A stretch of DNA of 63,920 bases, counting the filler, from Choristocarpus tenellus KU-1152 (Eukaryota > Protista > Phaeophyceae), in the NCBI GenBank assembly GCA_964200185.2. It is 9 parts of 9 records of this genome, joined end to end, with 100 filler letters (N's around TTAATTAATTAA, not from the genome) between each part and the next. Parts side by side here need not be neighbours in the genome. Positions count along the whole stretch, not along the records: positions 1 to 3,292 come from CAXNAD020020987.1; positions 3,393 to 8,458 come from CAXNAD020011988.1; positions 8,559 to 13,785 come from CAXNAD020011431.1; 6 more parts are not named here. One strand, given 5' to 3'. Shown piece after piece: positions 1-13,114 of this stretch (position 1 is its first letter; each line of letters starts with the position of its first letter). A program made the translations under genes and the position numbers. The notes beneath the pieces were generated by a model, which was not told the DNA's origin, searched no databases, and was given only the letters and a program-made list of their open reading frames with translations.

Positions 1-107
1 CCCCCCCTGCCCCCTCCCCCTCTCCCCCTTCCCCACCTCCTGGTCCATCTTGCTCACTCTGCGATTCATATCAACAACACATTTTGTTGTGACAACCTAA
101 ACATAAG

Positions 108-328
108 GTATCAAATCCAGAAGACATGACTGAGGAGTTGGCGGAGCTCCGGTGCAAGATCAACCCAGGAGGGCGAACACACTTTGCAGGCGTGTACTTC
201 AAACAAAAGGTCATGATCTTTGGTGGCAGGTCCGCTGAAAACGCTTTGTCCAATGACGCATGGTACAGGGATGACCGCATCCCCACTGCCTTCATCTCAG
301 AATCACCATCCAGTCACACGTCTGGGAG
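108..328 (+). CDS. Internal exon of a Kelch-repeat / Ig-like domain protein (partial gene)
   Basis: AG acceptor at 106-107, GTTAGT donor at 329. Translation ...PGGRTHFAGVYFKQKVMIFGGRSAENALSNDAWY... has the Kelch GG..W signature. Confidence 0.8.
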
Positions 329-534
329 GTTAGTCAGCCTTGATATATGATCCTCCTTTCATTCCCTCAAAGAAGTCATGTTGGCAAACATCGATAGCAA
401 CAGTGATGCTGATCATCAGTCTACTATTGTTAGTAGCGATTTTCGAGTTTTCATCCACAGTGGTTGCTATTTAGAGAGGGTAGATACTGTGGGAGCTCGA
501 AGTTATTTGGATAACAACCACTGTGAGCCAATGT

Positions 535-795
535 GAGCCAATGTAAAGGAGAGGTACCCAGGTTTTGGCCGATTTACTTCTTAAGTATATCTTTTAGTCA
601 ATTGCAGTTCACCAATATTTCTCAGGATGATGTTCAATGTTCGACTTTAGAGCGTTTTATTTCTATATTGTTTGAAAACGTTCCGACACAATTCACAAAA
701 TGACCTCAACATATTCGTGAAAATAGAAGAATTTTCCAAATATTTGTCAGCATCCTAAAAATGCAACTCTGGGTACCTCTCGTCTACTTTGACTC
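535..795. mobile_element. MITE family C (~260 bp) in Kelch-gene intron
   Basis: TIRs GAGCCAATGTAAAGGAGAGGTACCCAG ... CTGGGTACCTCTCGTCTACTTTGACTC; diverged homolog at 5872-6134 and a terminus at 9820-9852. Confidence 0.75.
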
Positions 796-1809
796 AGTTC
801 ATATTTGTGGAGGTGGCAATGATAGTGCTGATGTTGATCATGTATTATATATTCTTTATCGGGTTGTATCTGTGCTGATCATTATGATGGTGGTAGAAAC
901 ACCCCTGTCTATTCACAGTGATGTTGCTGGGTCTACTGACCATGGTAAGCAATTCAAAAATCGAAGGATAATCGTCGTTTTGGCCCAGTGCATCTACTCT
1001 AGAGTGTATGGATGGGCCGTATCATATGTAGTAGTTCCAGGTTGAAAAAACAAGTAATCTTACCTTTGAGGAAAGTCTCTTTAGTTCCTTTTTTAGGATT
1101 CACGGCTCTTGTAATCTACTTCCTGACACCCTGTTTCCCATGCCTGAAATACAGCTAGCCACCTTTAGGAGGTGTGAGTGTTAAAGAGGAGACGATCAGT
1201 CCTCCCCATAAGCATGAAATCAACCTCCAGAATGCTAGAAGTGCATGTACTGGAAGGCAGTCGCAGGGGTCCCAAATATACTCAATGGCACCCCCCTCCA
1301 TGGCTGTGGTACAGTGGGGTTTTGTTTTTGTGGGTAGTGACATATATTGTATTGGAATGAGAGGCTGTCCTTGGAGTAGGAGCAAACCATGGATATCGGC
1401 TTCACCAATCCTTCAATACATGATTTTCCGATTTCACACAAACGTCATTCCGCACATCCGCTGCAAAAAAAAGAGTGAAAGGACAAGGCATAAGGAGATA
1501 AGATGGTCCAACAATATGCTTGTGGTTCTGGTGTGTACCAAGTATTCGAAATGTTGCGCAAACTGTGTTTGGAAGCAGGCCAGGTTGATTACCTGGATCA
1601 GAGCAGAAGCAGAAGGCCGTATTGAATACGCTAGTGTAAGAACTACTCAGAATGAGAGAGGCAAATCGTAGTCAAGTCGAAATCGGTCCAACTCAGCCCT
1701 TATCCTAAACACACCTTCCCACTTGTGTCAATTCTCCTGCTCACCCCCCACTACATTTTGTCCCTTTCCCATTGGATTCATACACATTGAACCTTTTATT
1801 TTTTTGCAG

Positions 1810-1885
1810 CAACTTTGCCTTCACTTGTGATGAAGTAATCTGCTATTATGAGGTTCGTGTGTACGACATCCAAGAAAATTTGCAG
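1810..1885 (+). CDS. Internal exon of the same Kelch/Ig-like gene
   Basis: TTTGCAG acceptor, CAG|GTGATA donor. Phase 2 in / phase 0 out links exon 108-328 to exon 2762-2913 in frame (S-NFAFTCDEVICYYEVRVYDIQENLQ). Confidence 0.75.
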
Positions 1886-2761
1886 GTGATAAAAAAAAAC
1901 TATGAAGTTTTAAAGTTAAATTTGTTGCTCATTCCCACTATTTGTATCATACATATATATATGTATGTATATATTTTTTCTCGGGCATTCCTGCTTTGAA
2001 TTATTATTTTCCAAGCTCTTACTTTGTGACATCGTCTACTTCTTTTGTTGTCAATAGTTGAGAGGCCACAAACATTATTTTCCAAATTCTGTCCGCCCCT
2101 GCCTCCCATTTTTTTGCAGCCATTTCCAGAACTAATGGAGTGAATAGTATGTGCCCCCTTCCCCTGCAGCAACACAAGACATTAACAAATATGGCTTTGG
2201 AAAACAAGCCCACAATACCTCTCAAGAATATTTTTCTTTTGTTCTAGTCTACACCACCCCACCCTAACCTGCTTTTCCTCTGATCCAATCACATTGCACA
2301 TGGGTACACAAATACATTCAAGGTACCCTAACCCTTCACCCACCTCAGCGCCGATCCTAGTCAAACGGATTCACAACAAGATTCATCGGGTCAGAGTAGT
2401 TTGCAGGGTGAACGCCTCCTCGTGTATGTATTACAGCTTCATCTGTGGGGATTGTTGAAGCTAATGTGAAAAGTCGTTGTTGAAATAGCTGCTAATGATG
2501 GGAGGTATGCTATATAACACAAGGGCAAAGAAATGGTCAGTGTTGATGTTAGAATACATGTTTATATATAGATATATATAGATATATAGATATGTTGGAG
2601 TAGATGCTACATTTCCTTATAAAGGATCACTCCAATAAGACTTGTAAACCAGCCTACTTTTATATCCCCTTCCCCTCCAATCTTGGTAGGACTCACTGTT
2701 AATTATATGGTACTAATACTAATGTGCCCACTGCTGTGCGTGACTGGGGTGGCGGAAGCAG

Positions 2762-2913
2762 GTGACAGCCTGGGTAGACCGCATTGATTCTTTTGATGTT
2801 TCCTTCCTGAATCGCTGGTCAGGGGGGGCTGGAGCAGGGGAATACATAGTCTACGTGAGAGCAGTGGACCCAGCTGGCAACATGGACTCTCTCTACCGCG
2901 AAGGGATTAACAT
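2762..2913 (+). CDS. Internal exon, Ig-like/Fn3-like strand motif
   Basis: GCAG acceptor; VTAWVD...GEYIVYVRAVDPAGNMD (VRAxDxAGN motif). Donor probably GTGGGT at 2914; exact end uncertain. Confidence 0.75.
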
Positions 2914-3174
2914 GTGGGTGGATAATCCTTTGTCCAAGAAATTAGCAATGGTGGTAAAAGGTGTGGTGGAGGAGATTGAAGAGGTATCATTAGCTCAGCG
3001 GGGGTATGTGATGATACAGGGCCTGGAGAAGAGATGGTATGGTGTAGGGAGGGGAGGGTAGAGGAGAAGAGCAGAGGATATGGAAGAGGCAACCTCTGAG
3101 TTTATCAACAGACAGGGAAATAGGTTTGACAGGGGGGCTCTGAAGTAGAGGCAGGGGAAGGGCGGGACTGCTAG

Positions 3175-3292
3175 GACCTAAAGTATCTGAGGGGGTTGGG
3201 AGGTCTACACCAGGGTGTCCATTTGGGCTAAAACCAGGAAAAGTGCACTTACATTATCCATCCGACGTACGCAACAAAATCACCCAAAATTG
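3175..3292 (+). mobile_element. MITE family B, left part, truncated by contig end
   Basis: Matches the start of 14484-14662 (GACC(C/T)AAAGTATCTG-polyG...CAGGAAAAGTGCA). Confidence 0.75.
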
Positions 3293-3392
3293 NNNNNNNN
3301 NNNNNNNNNNNNNNNNNNNNNNNNNNNNNNNNNNNNTTAATTAATTAANNNNNNNNNNNNNNNNNNNNNNNNNNNNNNNNNNNNNNNNNNNN
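3293..3392. other. Artificial contig spacer
   Basis: 44 N + TTAATTAATTAA (stop codons in all six frames) + 44 N. Confidence 0.97.
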
Positions 3393-3434
3393 CCCCAAAT
3401 GGACGCGGCTCTACCCTATAAGATACTTTGGCTC
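3393..3434 (+). mobile_element. MITE family A right end
   Basis: CCCCAAATGGACGCGGCTCTACCCTATAAGATACTTTGGCTC nearly identical to 62763-62804. Confidence 0.75.
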
Positions 3435-4149
3435 AAGAAGAGAATCGGGACGAGGGGCGGGAAGGAGGGGGAGGTGGAGAGGCGGGCGGGCGCACACATT
3501 GGCAAAGTAATGATTGACCAACGGTAAACAGAGCATACGGGAGTGTTTTACATGAACAACTTGCTTGAACTCCTGACAACATATTTACCAGAGTCGGCGC
3601 CCATTTTGCTTCAGGTGACGTGCACAGTTTCGCGCGGTGGCGGGGGGAGGAGGGATACAACGACTGAGCAGGAAATTGATAAAGCTGGTGTTTTTCTTAT
3701 TTAATGTGAAAGAAGATTTTTTTTTAAACCATATTTTTGCTCTGGGCTGTTGTCGCCTTATTCTCCCTCTTCTCCCTGTTGTTCTCTTGCGATATGTGAT
3801 AAGTCAAACAAGTTTCCCGAAAAAATAGATAAATGCACATCGGCGTATCTGACAGGGGGTGGGAGGGGGGCAGATCGCAACAAACGATAATTCAGGCATG
3901 ACTGAGATATTCTTAGAAAGAGGTCGATCATCACATAATGTCAACACTTATAAGTGCTCTGCATTAGCTTCTTCTTCTACTTGGGGACGATAGCAATAAT
4001 TGATAAACAATTTAATAATATAGTAAAATAACACTTCTTTTCCTCACTCAGTCGACCATCCATAATGGCGATGAAACGCCGCCCCGAAAGAAACTACATC
4101 GAAGTGCTATCTTTTCTACCACCTCCACCATCAACAGTCAATCGACTCC

Positions 4150-6560
4150 ACTGACGTCACTAATTATTCGAGAAAGCAATCCAATGCAGGGCATACATGT
4201 GCATGACGATGAAACGAAATCACTGCCACCCCCCACACACTGTCCTACTACCACCTTCGGCATGGATTCCCATTCAAAAAGGGGCCCTTAAAAAGCTTTA
4301 TGACATTTACAAAAAAAAGCATCTGGGCACTTTCCGCGGACCATTTTGGGTCAAACCCATCCTCCATGAAATGATCCATCCGCCATTATCATGATCCGCT
4401 GTTTGTACAGGGTTGTATTACCTGGAAAGCTACACCCATATTCCGTTCATCTGGGTATAATGAAACGTTACTATCCTCAAGTCCAACATCCCACACCAGA
4501 CTTGAATGAACCCGATTATTTGCTCCTGGGAAAACCAGTACCATTGCCAGATGTATACCATCAGAAATCTCACCCCGTTATTGGCCCGCACACTATTGAT
4601 AGCATTGCTGGACACAGATCCCATTAAAAAAAAAATCAAGTCTACCACTATTTAAGTGGCAGAAACTTCAGGTGAGTCACATTCATTCTTTGTTTTTGGA
4701 GTGACATGATCCCCTGACATGCTGTAATGATTGGACGGTCACTTCACCCAGGTATTAAATATTCAGTAATCGGCTGTCAACCTCTCTCTTTTAGACATTG
4801 TGTGTGACAGGGAAGCCTCAACAGCTGAACAAGAACGACAAAGATCAGAAGGTAACAGCTATTTTGGAAGGATAAGAGCATACACAACTTATACATAACT
4901 ATCCATAGAGAGACAAGCAATGCACCAATGTCAACGCCTGAGCTATGTTTAAGTGGGAAGGACCGTACATTGGCCTTCCTACCCTCCTGTCTCTGGTCTC
5001 GCCTTCAGCAACAGCCCCATCTTTGACAAAATTTACAAATCCCTCACGATGCTCATGTATACAGGAACAAAGCACACACACAGAGGAAATAGAATATGCA
5101 GATCAACGGACTCTCTTAGTATTACCTTAAGGCCAAGGTATCCCAGAAGTGTCGGATTAAGGTTCATCTGCACTAATGTCCTCAGTCAGCAGGATCCTAT
5201 CCGTGAAATATACAGCAACCCCGGCATGCTGGGCAGAGCAAAGACATCATGCCATGGCAATTTGCAGGGGGCCGCATCATAAAAAAATGAGCTACACAGT
5301 ACCTCTCCCTGCCCTCCTCAACAAGGTGCCAAAAGCATCGCTTGAGGGTTACCACCTGTAATTCTAGTGCATAGGCCCTTGATGTCATTCACACCCTGAA
5401 GAAACAAACCTTATGTCTCCTGAACAATCACACTCACTGAACTTCTCAAACACCTTAGGTACTATTACTGTATAATCGTGTTCCAATTCGGCATACAGCT
5501 CCTCAAGTTGCTTCTTTCTGACGACTGGGTCGGATGATAGATCATGCAGGTGTAACTTGAATAGACGTCTTTTCACCATGAGGCGATAGCTCTTGAGCAT
5601 TTCCCTGTCCTTCATGTCGACAATTCCTGCCTTGATGATATCGTAAGCAATCTCAATTTGCCCTGTTGTCAGCTTGAGTGCCTGTGCACCAGGGAAGGAA
5701 CACTGTGAATTTTTTGAACTGTCTTGAGACCTTCGGAAAAAAAACCCCAAAAGAAGTCGCAGACTCTTTTGAGCACAGGGGTCATAGCACAATGGGGGGC
5801 ATGACAAAATATTTCAAAAACAAAAAAGAAAGTTTGCAACGTAAAAATTGACCCTCTGTCACAACTGCCGAGAGCCAAAGTAAACGAGAGGTACCCAGAT
5901 TTTGGTTGTTTTTGTATTTCATGTCTGTTTTTCAATCTTTTGTAATTCACCCATATTTCTTTGGATGAAGCACAACTATTTAACTTGAGAGGATTTATTT
6001 CTCTACTGTTTGAACATTTCGACAAAATTGAGAAAATTTCTTGTACACATTTTGGTAAAAAGAGTCGAAGTTTTCACATATTTGCTGACATACTACAAAT
6101 TGCAACTCCGGGAACCTCTCGCTTACTTTGGATCACACCCCATGTTTGTAGAAAAAAACACATATTATATATCTGCCAAAACATGTTCTGGCTCCTCCCG
6201 TGAACCACTGGTAGTTCTGTTTGTCTTGACACAACCTGTAGAATCCATACAGATACTGGTACCTTTTGCACAGCTTGGATGTCTTCCTTGCTGGGGCGCT
6301 TGAACGTTTTGAGGGTCAAACGCTCTTTAGAGATAGCTCCACTTTCCAGCAGGACTTGGGCATCTACCAGGTTCCGCATCTGACACAGGGAGTAGGACCG
6401 TACAAGATGGGCAAAAGAAGGTAATTTATTTTGCAAGTCTCTGTGGGTTACCCTAAAAAAAAAGCAAGGATTGCAATCTGAGATCAGTCCTAATCCGCTG
6501 GGGGTTGTTTGCAAGTGGCAGACATGGAAATCACAAGCAGTAGCTTCATCGTTGCCTCAG
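4150..6560 (-). pseudogene. Degenerate Mutator-like (MULE) transposase with SWIM-like remnant
   Basis: Across frameshifts, in MULE order: ICMDSTG (~6250), PIVL.PLCSKESATSFGVFF (~5770), IRFVSSGCE (~5400), LKRCFWHL (CxxH, ~5330), SSNAINSV (~4600), SCTCMPCIGLL (SWIM-like, ~4190). Interrupted by MITE 5872-6134. Confidence 0.5.
5872..6134. mobile_element. MITE family C
   Basis: TIRs GAGCCAAAGTAAACGAGAGGTACCCAG ... CCGGGAACCTCTCGCTTACTTTGGATC; internally alignable to 535-795. Confidence 0.75.
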
Positions 6561-6962
6561 AGCATGCAACGGAGGCGTCAAAGTGCTTCCAAAAGATCAA
6601 GGGTATTCACCAAGGGCAAGGGTTGTTAGAACACTTAGTAAACCCCTGTGTCTGTGTCTACTGAGCAGGCAGTCAGCAGAACTGCTGACTGCCTGCTCAG
6701 TAGACACGGGGGCTTACTCGTGTTCTAACAAGGGTCAGGTGGACCACCAACAAACAAGCTTTTGATACTATTGCACAAGGCATTCGATAACTCTCGGGTG
6801 GGTTCCATATATAAGTTAGCAGATACGGACAACAAAATACAGGAGTGCATGGCAGTATGTGCATAGCACAGCAATAAATGCACAGGGTTTGCTTCCAGAA
6901 TTCAAGTCATTCTTACAACTGTGTTGGAGAGGAGAACACAATCCGACTACAGGTACAAGTGG

Positions 6963-6965
<3 letters not shown>

Positions 6966-6999
<34 letters not shown>
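6966..6999. repeat. (GA)n microsatellite
   Basis: About 17 GA units. Confidence 0.95.
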
Positions 7000-7001
<2 letters not shown>

Positions 7002-8458
7002 CGGACCAACAGAACAGTGTATTTCCACCAAGAGCAGCGCATCACAACACCTACACAATATTTTCCTAGGGTAGCTGTACAACCTCCCCCCGACCCTAAT
7101 CAATACCTTTACAAAATTATGAAAAAAAAAGTATCGAGACTATTCAGCAGGAACAGAAAACAACACGACGCAGGTAGCGACTCTTCAACCTTGGTGAACC
7201 CAGGTGCAGGGTCTTCCACGGTGATCTCCGAGACGCTGTCCCTTGACTGAGCCAGCCCGTACAAGAGCTTCAACACCCTCGCACCGTGGCCTGGGAGATA
7301 GGGCGAAGGCGACAGCAAGCAGCGCAACTATCCTCATGAAAGGCACTGCAGCAGAGAGCTTAGGGGGCGCACACACGTGCATCGCTTGCGGCGCACAACA
7401 TAGGACACAAGCTAAAAACAACAAAACAGAAGTAAGGCATTGATAGCTCGGTTGCTTTACACAGAGACATCAACATCCTTTAAAAAAAAAAAAACTTCAT
7501 AGGGATCTTTTTGGCGTACACCCCTTCCGAGCACGGCAGACAAAACAGCGTGGCGAACCGAGTGAAAATTGGAGTTGCTGATACTTCGTCAGGTCTTTAT
7601 CTACGCAGGTTGCAACAGAGCAGCAGGGAGGCTGAACGCTTCCCTGAGGTGAGGTGAGCGAGCGTGTGCACTGGGAAGAGGTACCCCCGAGGTGGTTTCC
7701 CAATCATTGCAAGCCCTTCCTCTGCTATGATTTCTTAACCGGTTCCTCGACTTGTTCCAAGATTGACAAACTCTGACTTTGAAGCTGAAGAGAAACGCGA
7801 AACATCCTCTACATCACCCTGGGGGTGTTCAATCAAGCGTGAAGGCGGAAGCCGTAAAAAAACCCAGCGCGAGTGCCTAGTGTGTACAGTACGGCGAACA
7901 ATGAGCAAGTCTGAAGTGCTCGACAAGATCTACCTACAACAGTGGCAATGGCTTCGACCAAGGCATTCATTCACCTTTTTCAGGAAAAAACATGCACTTT
8001 CTGGACAAAAAAATCACACCGATTTCGAAACCTTACAACAAGATTATGAAAAAAAAAAAAACGAACTGCCTTCCTACGCTATTGCTTTCATGCAGCGGAC
8101 TGAACAAAGCTTGCACGGAATGGAAGCATGCCCTTGTCACCCATGCATGTATGATGTGGAGCATTCCCACCTCGGTTCACAGCATTTGACACACCCATAA
8201 AGCACACGTATTACTCGAGATAAAAAGAAAATTAAGGAACTGAACGGCAGGCAGGAACACGCAACGAAGCGATAGTTCCTGAGAGTTAGAGTACTGTCAG
8301 GGGGGTGCTGTGTCAAACCTCTTGAGTACTTTCATCTTACCAGAGTGCACACATGAGGCGCGCGCGCACGGGGGGGGGGGGAGGGGCAAAGGGGGGGGAA
8401 GAACAGCAAATTCCAAATCCACTGCATACACCACACCCCACAACAACCAATTATGAAA

Positions 8459-8558
8459 NNNNNNNNNNNNNNNNNNNNNNNNNNNNNNNNNNNNNNNNNN
8501 NNTTAATTAATTAANNNNNNNNNNNNNNNNNNNNNNNNNNNNNNNNNNNNNNNNNNNN
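8459..8558. other. Artificial contig spacer
   Basis: N44-TTAATTAATTAA-N44. Confidence 0.97.
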
Positions 8559-8699
8559 CAACCAACTGGTTGGGACGGGGGTGTGATCACATCAAGTTAA
8601 TAGGGCAGGGATAAATAGCCTCAAGTTTCGTCAGGGTTACATTACTTCCTGTTGTTGGCATTAGTAGTACCCTATCAGGCGTGTATGTGTGGTGTTGTC

Positions 8700-10700
8700 T
8701 AAATGTGGTCGTCAGAAATTAAGTTATCACACACCTTATTCCCAGATCGTATGAGGCAGCCAGGCTTCGAGCATTTTGTAGTGCTACAGACCCAAAATGT
8801 TTCAACATTAGTTTTACCCTGTAGCTTTTCAGTAATGGTCGACTCACCATGAGAAGGAAAGGAACATGGCCATAGCAAGTTGCTGGAATTGAGTGATAAC
8901 CTGCAATCAGTTTGGTACTGGTGTTTCGGTGCATTGGAATAAAGAATGACTTGCTGTAATACTCTAGTGGTCTAATGTGAGCTGCAGGGGTATCATTCTG
9001 TCTCCATGCCTGATAGTTGCTGATGTGAGTATCACTGGTCCATCACCCCATAAAAATTGGGAACAGCAACTGGGACATTTTGCTGGTGTTCCATTTTTTT
9101 GTGACTGCGGGATGTTCGACTATTTCTTTCGCAGGTTGTTGAAGTTCTTCTTCTCTCGACCTCAGGTTCTGTGTTCCCCCCTTCTTGAGTCCTTTGTCAC
9201 TTCCTACTTCTTTACCTACCAACTTTACCTTCCTTAAGTGCTGGCCTTGCACCTAGTGACTTGGAGGTATTTAAAGACCCTTCAAAACATCAAGCAACCA
9301 GGGGCCTGTTCCTCTTCAGGCTAAGTCCAACCTCAGCTCGATATTTCCAACAACCTGTGAATGTATGTGCTGCACCACAAGGTACAGTTATATTGTTCTA
9401 GTGCCCCAATTTTTTTGTTCAAGTCTCCCTCCTTCCTTGTTGTAGTAGGATATGAGGCTGAGTGAAGTGGTGTGTAACTCCTTTCTTTCTTTGAAGAGTG
9501 AGTTCATTGTAATAGATCCTGTACTTGGTAGTTGGGGTGTTGTTGTCATCTTTACGCCCAGACGCAGGTTTAATGCTTCTGTTTGTATGCATTATGTAGT
9601 ATGAAGTACGCAGTGTAGAGTATGTGGTACGTATCTGTCTCTTAGAGGTCAGTGCCAGGTGAACGTTTAACCCTCCAAATCGTCATTTGTATCGATCCCC
9701 ACCTAACTCCTCCTCTGAGCCAAAGCAATTCAGAAGTAGGCAAGACCGCATTTTAAGGATCCCTATAAAGAGGAAAAAATTCAATTTTGTACAATTGTAG
9801 AGAGATCCTTGGTATAAATGAGTCAAAGTAGACGAGCGGTACCCAGAGTCGTAAGGAGAGAAAACAGTCCAAAGGTGGGCACACTACCACCCAACATGGA
9901 CCTTGATTCCTATCGTCAGGTCCATCGAGACAGGAAAATATGACTCACCACATGTCACAGAAGGGAAACAAACGGAGAAGAGGAGGAAAAGGAGAAATAT
10001 GAACGCAAGAAAAATCATCTCCAAAAGAGAGAATACCCTGAGAAAGCAGCATTCAACGGAGAGTGATAGTGGTGTCGGTTGCTTGTGCGACCTTTGCTGC
10101 TGCTTTAGAATGAGGTACATAATCAGCTATCACAGCTTCGTTGCAACTTCGCTCTGCCATGAAGCTCATTGTGGTGGCAGTCACACACCCCAGCCACTCC
10201 GGTTGGTTAGTGACCCTTGTACAGTATCCCCCAACCAACTGTAGTCCCAAACATCTCTTCGAGGTTGTGTTGTGGGCACATCCAACTACTCGTTTTCTCC
10301 CGTGCACCTCACTTTCTTTTGTGCTGCAAGCAGCCGCAAGCTCCCAAACATTAACACCTTGTGAAGTAGTTCATCCCCCACACATGCAACCAACCCAGCA
10401 AATAGGAGTCTCCATCTGCGCACAGTCGACTGGGTACTCTCACACCGAGTGCTCCCAAGGGCATATTTGTAGAACAAGACTGGGGGTGCTGGGCGAGCTC
10501 CCATGTTAATATGCAAAATCCAATGCAAGGTACGAACGGTTTGTGGTGATGGGAGGGAAGCTAAACATAGTGGACCTGGCAGAGTGTCCATGCTTGTCAG
10601 GTACAACCATATAACAGAACCTCGAGCACTTCAGCCTTGGGCATTCGAGTCTTGAGTTCGCTTATGGATTCACGTGGCATTTACTTCAAACAGTCGTCCC
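8700..10700 (-). pseudogene. Possible highly decayed hAT transposase
   Basis: Scattered motifs only: LPSPQTV (~10545), VPCGAAHT/xQVV (CxxH-like, ~9370), PAVTKKWNTSKM (TRWNS-like, ~9090). Many stops; boundaries approximate. Confidence 0.25.
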
Positions 10701-12852
10701 CATCTCCGACACAACACTAAATCCTTCGGGTCACCATTCAGGTGTGTGCTGTGGAAGGGTGGCGCTGTGGTTGGTCTGTGGAGGGGTCTGAGAAAAACCT
10801 TGAGTCGGATTAAAGAATGGTGAGAACATCTATTTTATCTGGGAAGCCAATGGCATATCACACAGAGAAAACGGAAAGGATTGGAAGGGGGGAAGAGAAG
10901 AGGGACGCGAGAATATTGAACCCCAAAAGAGGAATACGCAACGAGAAAGAAGGCGACACTCAGCTGAAAGTGGTGCAATGAAGTGAGTGGGGAGGTGAGG
11001 AAATGGTGTGGAGGTTTTCTCTTTATCCTAAGGGATGAGGGAAAACTCTTAGCTTGTGCTTATAGTGAAACACGTGGCAATTACGGCAAGTAGCCTGCCC
11101 CACTTCCCCTCCGCTATGAAACGTATGGAAGGTCATTCACGCAGGCTCCAAGGAAGGGTAGGTGCCAAGTCCGGACACAACGCTGAACAGCACCTAAGCC
11201 TCGCAGTGCCGGAGTCTAACCTGCTAAAGCCTGTCACATCCCTAGCTCGACTCTGTACAAGAAACACCCTACCAATTGAGCTTTTTTATCCTCAATCTGT
11301 TCTGGCCTCAAGAATCCAGCGTTATTCCTCCACAACAGAACACTCCCAAATCCATCCAAAACACTTCAGAATAATCCAAAATATTCCACCTTCATCCACT
11401 CCCATACCATTCCTCTGAGTTACGAAAGACATGTACCCCGCCCAAGCCTTACCTCGCCCACCCCCCATCATCCCACTCAATGGCGACCAATCAAGTGAGT
11501 GTTGGCCGGATGTAAGATTGTTCAAAAGGTACCTTCGGTCTGCCCCTTTTTAATACTCCTCCTTCAAAAGCTTTCCTTTCCTCGGCCCACCTCTCCCTTC
11601 ATATCTCTCGAAAGCATCAAGAGATTGCGGAAGGTAAGGTACACACGACCGAGAGAGGTGCCCCCTAGAATTGGTCAGAGGGCTGGTAGTTTGCTTAGAG
11701 GTTTCCGAGATGACCATCCCGAGATATCAACCAAGAAAAGACCATATACTATATTAGAGTTCCGTGTATTATTGTTAGGCTCATGATCACATTTTCCAGA
11801 TGCGAAGTAGGGAAAAAGAAGAAACAAGTGTGTGTATGATGCACAAGGTTTGCGCATTTGCGTAGTGAAGTGTAATGATATGACCCAAAACATTCGGATA
11901 GTTGACGATTTGAGTTTCGGAGAAGGGAGGCTCACTTTGGAGAAATGGGAGGTGTGAATACAGACACGGATATATTGGTGATGCTCCACGTGTCAAATTA
12001 GGGAAAGTATTACAGGACGCTCCAACTTGGTATCGTAATTTTAAGAAAAGTGATCTGAGGGCATTGATTGTGCAACGATCTTTTTATTATTTCTTTCATC
12101 GTCATTTACCGTGTTTATTTGTTCTGGTTAACAGACATTGGAATGCATCTGAAAATCGTTGCGTCCATTCCCGAGTTACAGATCTTACTCCGCAACCTTT
12201 AGCAACTCGGAGTTCCCCGCGTGTGTATACTGCTCGCGCTTGTTAGAGCGCGGGAAGAGATACTTACACTATTCGCCTGTAACAAAAGCATTCGATCAGT
12301 TGTTGCGTAGGATACGTGCCAAAGCAGTAAAGTATGGACAAGGATTATATTTATTGTCAAAGGTGCGTGTAAGAGACACGTTTAGTCCGATAGGGGAACT
12401 AGCAGAACAATGCCAGTAAGTTCACATAAATTCTCCAACAATATATAGTGTTGTAATTTAGACTTCAAATTGGGTGGCGGCCTTCTCCAGGTTGGTGGGT
12501 CTTGTTCGCTGCAACCCTGGAACAGTCACGTTGCAGTACGGCAATCAAAATTATCATAGGATCCACCCAGATGCATGAGAGATACCAGAACGAAGATTCG
12601 ATTCCGAAACCAATAGAAGTCGGAAAAGCCAGATCCTTACCTGAAGGGGCAAAGTTAAAAGTAGAAGGATACCAAGGAGGAGGACCGAATATCTGTTCTG
12701 TGCCAGGTTTTAAATGGACGATGCTTGTAGGTAGAAGTACGTAAATTGGTAAGAATGGTTCAAAACGATGAAAGGCAACAAGTTCATTGATTTCGTCCAT
12801 CTTACATTGTTTGGGGAAGGAGAAGAATATCAACAAATTCTCAGGTGGTAAA

Positions 12853-13114
12853 GAGTGAAAGTATCTTAGAGCGTACGAGTTTTGCCCTGTTTGTCCGTTT
12901 GGGGCTTGGCTTCCCATGTTTTGTTTTTTTTATGACATTTTCTTATTCCAAAATATTTCGGAGTAGGTAAAATATATACGCTATGAAAAGGTGTGTCCGG
13001 AACAAGGATACTGACACTTCCAAACACCATGGCCAAAATTACATCAAAATCGCAACATTGGGTTGTCGCCGCCTCCAAATGAACGCGACTCGACTCTCTA
13101 AGTTACTTTGCCAC
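12853..13114 (+). mobile_element. MITE family A
   Basis: GAGTGAAAGTATCTTAGAG...TCTAAGTTACTTTGCCAC; aligns to 62545-62804 and 63374-63630. Confidence 0.85.

Noticed and set aside
3337-3348. Recurring TTAATTAATTAA motif flanked by N runs
   Set aside because: Identical 100-bp construct at all eight gaps with six-frame stops; an assembly concatenation linker, not biology.
3175-3434. A single MITE spanning the first gap, implying contigs 1 and 2 are adjacent
   Set aside because: The left part is family B and the right part family A, and the flanks (CTAG vs AAGA) give no TSD; contigs commonly break in repeats.
11500-12420. Possible Ulp1-like protease relic (FVLVNRHW)
   Set aside because: A single weak motif with many stops; cannot be supported by eye.
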